A model generated the notes under the pieces. The model saw nothing but the letters and a program-made list of their open reading frames with translations. It made no database searches and had not been told where the DNA came from. Position numbers and translations under genes: made by a program. This document shows, one piece after another, positions 59,656 through 64,000 of a DNA stretch of 64,000 nt. Positions within the stretch are counted from its first letter, which is position 1. Each line of letters starts with the position of its first letter. Source of the DNA: an uncultured Sangeribacter sp. (GTDB lineage: Bacteria > Bacteroidota > Bacteroidia > Bacteroidales > Muribaculaceae). The stretch lies in assembly GCA_964509225.1 (NCBI GenBank), contig CAZDWB010000006.1, positions 4,979-68,978 of the forward strand, read 5' to 3'.

Positions 59656-62457
59656 CTATTTAAGTTTGTCCTTCAAGAATTTACCCGTATACGACTGATT
59701 GCATTCCGCGACCTTCTCCGGAACTCCGCTAACAACTATCTCTCCTCCATCATCTCCACCTTCGGGACCTATATCGATTATCCAGTCTGCCGACTTTATT
59801 ATATCCAGGTTGTGCTCGATTATCAAAACCGTATGACCCGCATCTATCAGTCTGTTGAGTGATTTTAATAGTATCGAGATATCATGAAAATGTAATCCTG
59901 TTGTGGGTTCATCAAAGATAAACAAGGTATGGGGCATATTACCCTGGGCAAGATAATATGCTAATTTGACTCGTTGATTCTCACCGCCGGAAAGGGTAGA
60001 GGAAGACTGTCCTAATTTTACATATCCCAAACCCACCTCTTGAAGAGGTAAGAGACGCGATATTATCTTGCTTTCCTGGGGTCCTTCCTGTTCTCTTAGA
60101 AATGATATGGCTTCATCTATCGACATATTTAGAAAGTCATCTATATTCTTTCCTCTATATTCTACGTCCAGAATCTCCTTCTTGAATCTTTTGCCATGAC
60201 ACTCTTCACATTCTACCTTGATATCAGCTATGAACTGCATCGGTATCGTTATGGTACCCTCTCCCTTACATTCCTCACATCTACCACCATCGGTATTAAA
60301 TGAGAAATATGAAGGAGTATAACCCATCTGGACTGATAACTGAGTGGAGGCAAAAAGTTTTCTGATCTCATCGTATGCCTTTAGATAGGTGGCCGGATTA
60401 CTCCTTGAAGATGTTCCTATGGGATTCTGATCTATAAACTGTACATCCTTTACTTCTGAAATATCCCCTGCCAGACCTCGGAATGTTCCCGGGGCATCTC
60501 CAGGATTTCCCAATTTCCTGTTCAAGGCCTTGTAGAATATATCTCTGACCAAAGTAGATTTTCCGGAACCGCTAACTCCACTTACTACTGTCATTACTCC
60601 AAGTGGAATAGTTACATCGATATCTTTAAGGTTATTCTCTGATGCTCCCTTTATTAATATGGAGTTCTTCCATGGGCGTCGAAGTGAGGGAACTTTTATA
60701 TTTCTCACTCCTTTAAGATAACTAAGTGTATATCCTTGGGTTTGGGAATTTGTTTTAAGGGCTTCCTTAAGATTACCTTCGTATACAATTTCTCCACCAA
60801 AAACTCCTGCATCCGGTCCTATATCTATGATATTTGAAGCCTCAAGCATTATCTCCTCATCATGTTCCACTACTATTACGGTATTTCCTACATCCCTTAG
60901 GCGCTTTAAAACTCCTATTAACTTCTGTGTGTCTCGTGAATGAAGTCCTATGGAGGGCTCATCAAGAATATAAAGAGACCCAACGAGGGCAGACCCAAGT
61001 GAGGTGGCAAGATTTATTCTCTGACTTTCACCTCCGGAGAGGGTATTGGACAGACGGTCCAAAGTAAGATATCCAAGTCCTACTTCCTGAAGGAATTGCA
61101 AACGATTCTTTATTTCAATTAAAAGTCTCTCTGCAGTGACTCTTTCTACTTCATTGAGTTCAAGATTATTAAAAAAAGGTATAAGTGAGTCTACAGAACA
61201 TCTTACAAGCTCCGTGATACTTCTACCTGCTATTTTTACATACTCAACATCTTTATGTAAACGGGAACCTCCACAGGTAGGACAAGTGGTTTTACCTCTG
61301 TAACGTGCCTTCATTACTCGGTATTGTATCTTATATTGGTTCTCATCAACCCAACGGAAGAAACCGTCAATTCCCTCCCAGGCTCCTTTTCCTCTCCATA
61401 AAATTGAGCGCTCCTCCTCTGTTAATTTGCAATAAGGGGTGTGAATCGGAAACCCAATCTTAGGTCCAAGGTGAATAAGTTCCTTTTTCCATTCACTCAT
61501 TTTTTCACCCCGCCAACATTGAACTGCATCCTGATAAACGGAGAGTGTCTTGTCAGGAACGACAAGATCCTCACTTATACCCATTATTTTACCGAATCCT
61601 TCACATTCAGGACAGGCTCCATAAGGATTATTGAAATTAAACATCAAATCGCTTGGAACCCTAAATTCCATCCCGTCTGCTGTAAATTTACGGGAATATC
61701 GATTTTCAACTATTCCAGTTTCTTTCCATACCTTAATAATACACTCATCATGACCTTCATAATAAGCTGTTTCTATTGAATCGGTAAGCCTGGAAATTTC
61801 ATCCTTTTCTCCGGAAACAGATAGACGGTCGATAAGGAGACGGTACTCTTTAAATTCTCCGTTCTCTTTCCCGAGAAGCTCCTCAATGTCAAAAAATTCT
61901 CCATCCTTTTCTACTCTGGAATATCCCTCCTTTAGATAGATTGCAAGCTGTTCTCTGATATCTCTTCCTTCAGTGGGAATTATATCAACGAGAATTGCAA
62001 ATCGGGTCCCCTCGGGATTGGTTGTCAACGACTGAACGATATCCTCAATTCCATGTCTTTTTACCTCTTCACCCGAAATAGGGGAGATGGTTCTTCCAAT
62101 GCGTGCAAAAAGCATGCGGAGATAATCATAAATTTCTGTCGATGTGCCGACCGTACTTCGTGGATTGCGTGTATTTACTTTCTGTTCAATAGCTATAGCC
62201 GGTGGAAGACCCTTGATAAAGTCACACTCCGGCTTACTCATCCTCCCCAGAAACTGACGTGCGTATGACGAAAGACTTTCTACATATCTCCGCTGTCCTT
62301 CAGCATATAAAGTATCAAAAGCAAGAGATGATTTACCGGACCCACTGACTCCCGTAATTACTGTAAACTCGTTTAAAGGAATATTTACATCTATATTCTT
62401 CAGATTATTTACTCTGGCTCCCTTAACTTCTATATATCTTTTCTTTTTATCTGTCAT
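59656..62457 (-). CDS. uvrA: Excinuclease ABC subunit A
   Basis: Two GVSGSGKS Walker A motifs, LSGGESQR/LSGGENQR signatures and zinc-finger CxxC pairs. Confidence 0.96.
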   Translation of the reverse strand: MTDKKKRYIEVKGARVNNLKNIDVNIPLNEFTVITGVSGSGKSSLAFDTLYAEGQRRYVESLSSYARQFLGRMSKPECDFIKGLPPAIAIEQKVNTRNPRSTVGTSTEIYDYLRMLFARIGRTISPISGEEVKRHGIEDIVQSLTTNPEGTRFAILVDIIPTEGRDIREQLAIYLKEGYSRVEKDGEFFDIEELLGKENGEFKEYRLLIDRLSVSGEKDEISRLTDSIETAYYEGHDECIIKVWKETGIVENRYSRKFTADGMEFRVPSDLMFNFNNPYGACPECEGFGKIMGISEDLVVPDKTLSVYQDAVQCWRGEKMSEWKKELIHLGPKIGFPIHTPYCKLTEEERSILWRGKGAWEGIDGFFRWVDENQYKIQYRVMKARYRGKTTCPTCGGSRLHKDVEYVKIAGRSITELVRCSVDSLIPFFNNLELNEVERVTAERLLIEIKNRLQFLQEVGLGYLTLDRLSNTLSGGESQRINLATSLGSALVGSLYILDEPSIGLHSRDTQKLIGVLKRLRDVGNTVIVVEHDEEIMLEASNIIDIGPDAGVFGGEIVYEGNLKEALKTNSQTQGYTLSYLKGVRNIKVPSLRRPWKNSILIKGASENNLKDIDVTIPLGVMTVVSGVSGSGKSTLVRDIFYKALNRKLGNPGDAPGTFRGLAGDISEVKDVQFIDQNPIGTSSRSNPATYLKAYDEIRKLFASTQLSVQMGYTPSYFSFNTDGGRCEECKGEGTITIPMQFIADIKVECEECHGKRFKKEILDVEYRGKNIDDFLNMSIDEAISFLREQEGPQESKIISRLLPLQEVGLGYVKLGQSSSTLSGGENQRVKLAYYLAQGNMPHTLFIFDEPTTGLHFHDISILLKSLNRLIDAGHTVLIIEHNLDIIKSADWIIDIGPEGGDDGGEIVVSGVPEKVAECNQSYTGKFLKDKLK

Positions 62458-62468
62458 ATCCTATCCTT

Positions 62469-63398
62469 TCATTGTATCATTGCTACCGCTGAGTGATACT
62501 TAGCCATGTTCATTGATTTTTTTATCCCTTTCCATGCCTTTCTCCCTATTTCTTCCTCGGCATATTCCCAGAAAGGCTTTATTTTTGATAACACCTGATG
62601 TTCCCCTCCAATCAGGGTGCGTGAATAATAATCCAACAACAATCTGTGGAATTCAAGCATCTTATTTATTCGATGATTCCTGTTCCATTCTTTACCCTCT
62701 GTTATTTCACTTATAAGTGAAGGTCGGCCAAGTACTCCTCGACCTATCATTATATTCTTCAAATCAGGAAACGCGGAAATAATCCTGTCAAAATCAACGA
62801 TATTTCTTATATCTCCATTATAAACGACCGGATTTTCTGATTCGCTTGCAAAATAACGGAATTGTTCCAGATCCACATCTCCATTATATTGCTGACGTGC
62901 AATTCGTGGGTGAAGTGTGATGTGTGTCAGGGGAAGACGGTTTAATGTGGGAAGAATATGTCTCCATTCTTCTTTATCATTCATCCCCAATCTCATCTTT
63001 ATCGAGAAAGAAATCTCTGGATTATCCTCTATATTCTTTTTGACTATCTCATTTATTTCTTTTCCGAGAATGGTGGCTGCTCCTCGTCCTTTCGCTGTTT
63101 GAAGAGGGAAAGGGCATCCCATGTTTAAATCTATGTGTGCAGCTCCTTTCTCCTTTAAAGCACCGATGAGTGATGAAAGCTCCTGATCATTCTTAAAAAT
63201 AATCTGGGGAACAACCCCCTGGGGATTATTCAATTCGCCAAACGCATCATTGATATCCCTCTTCCTTAAACCTTCTTTCTCCCAACGTATGAAAGGGGTG
63301 TAGTATGTTACCTGATTTCCATATACTTGATTATGAAAAAATCTGTAAGGAAGGTCTGTATGACCCTGTATGGGGGCAAAATGAAAATTCATATTCAT
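62469..63398 (-). CDS. tRNA-dihydrouridine synthase family protein
   Basis: FAPIQG, DLNMGCP, KMRLG, LHPRIARQQY, YNGDI and MIGRG motifs. Confidence 0.92.
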   Translation of the reverse strand: MNMNFHFAPIQGHTDLPYRFFHNQVYGNQVTYYTPFIRWEKEGLRKRDINDAFGELNNPQGVVPQIIFKNDQELSSLIGALKEKGAAHIDLNMGCPFPLQTAKGRGAATILGKEINEIVKKNIEDNPEISFSIKMRLGMNDKEEWRHILPTLNRLPLTHITLHPRIARQQYNGDVDLEQFRYFASESENPVVYNGDIRNIVDFDRIISAFPDLKNIMIGRGVLGRPSLISEITEGKEWNRNHRINKMLEFHRLLLDYYSRTLIGGEHQVLSKIKPFWEYAEEEIGRKAWKGIKKSMNMAKYHSAVAMIQ

Positions 63399-63461
63399 CT
63401 TTTACTATAACTTTTGAGAATTGTCAACAAGAGAGAGATCATTTACCATCCCTCAAACTTT

Positions 63462-63469
63462 CAAAGTTA
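63462..63469 (-). promoter_or_regulatory. Bacteroidetes -7 element for dus-uvrA
   Basis: The reverse complement reads TAACTTTG, ~65 nt upstream of the dus start. Confidence 0.45.
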
Positions 63470-63670
63470 CAAAATTCATTCCACAATTTTATAACAAAAC
63501 CTAAAAATTGATTTTTATCTACTTCTGAAATTAATGAAAAGATATTATTTACCATTTATATCTTTTCTCGTTTTTGAATTGTTATATAGTATAGACAAGA
63601 CATAAAAGAGAGATTATGTTTCTCTTTAAATTTCCTATATAAACTTAACAAGACTAATCTTTAATAAATT

Positions 63671-64000
63671 ATGAATACTCACCGTATTGTTTCGGAAATC
63701 TATTATGTTGGTGTTAACGACCGTACTACACATCTATTTGAATCTTTATGGAAACTCCCATTCGGGGTTAGCTATAACTCCTATATCATCAATGATACAA
63801 AAACTGTATTGATAGATGGAGTAGAGGCAAGTCTTGCCGGGAATTTTATCGAAAACATTAAAAATGTCATTGGCGATAAACCTTTGGATTATATCGTCAT
63901 AAACCACATGGAACCTGACCATTCAGGAGCAATTCCGGTATTAATTTCTTATTTCCCTAAAATTAAAATTATCGGCAACAAGCAAACCATCTCTATGATA
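63671..64000 (+). CDS. fprA: FprA-family flavodiiron protein (A-type flavoprotein), N-terminal part only
   Basis: Hand translation: MNTHRIVSEIYYVGVNDRTTHLFESLWKLPFGVSYNSYII...LIDG...DYIVINHMEPDHSGA (metallo-beta-lactamase HxExDH). Runs off the window. Confidence 0.9.
   Translation, partial: MNTHRIVSEIYYVGVNDRTTHLFESLWKLPFGVSYNSYIINDTKTVLIDGVEASLAGNFIENIKNVIGDKPLDYIVINHMEPDHSGAIPVLISYFPKIKIIGNKQTISMI

Noticed and set aside
1259-63511. The many 60-170 aa ORFs antisense to or nested in long genes (e.g. 2717-3136, 47082-47600, 22575-22916)
   Set aside because: Shadow frames of well-supported genes, with no motifs, start context or independent support.
1-64000. tRNA, rRNA, tmRNA (near smpB), CRISPR arrays, IS elements or integrases
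   Set aside because: None seen; intergenic gaps are short and no ORF shows transposase, integrase or Cas motifs.

Overview
Bacteroidales-type chromosome segment. This is inferred from TTTG-N20-TAnnTTTG promoters, Bacteroidetes-type speA, purF-carA-carB and uvrA, and a T9SS-like C-terminus; the family cannot be fixed from sequence alone. Layout: (1) 1-13.6 kb is the tail of a surface-polysaccharide locus, interrupted by a ~8 kb defence-like island. The island holds a putAbiC-like gene, an anti-phage dCTP deaminase and a small ORF, followed by a separately promoted, translationally coupled four-gene module (TIR-like/STAND NTPase, 132-aa ORF, 'MKIKTDFVTNSSS' protein, radical SAM/SPASM enzyme) that matches no system I recognise. 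(2) 13.6-25 kb is a minus-strand housekeeping run (ligA, truA, speA, ssb, a catalytically eroded argC, argR, mnmA and others). (3) 25.4-53.5 kb is a same-strand ~28 kb supercluster of de novo pyrimidine and purine genes of apparently mixed Firmicutes/Bacteroidetes ancestry. It includes PurD-FolD and PyrB-zinc-domain fusions, and two mirror-image leader-peptide/terminator regions (pyrimidine-rich before pyrC, A-rich before purE) that look like NTP-sensing attenuators. (4) 53.5-64 kb carries a CDF transporter, a BspA-like LRR protein, Yip1, smpB, a U32 protein, a lipoprotein, uvrA, dus and a partial fprA. I saw no tRNA, rRNA, CRISPR array or transposase. All family calls are by eye from motifs; no searches were run.
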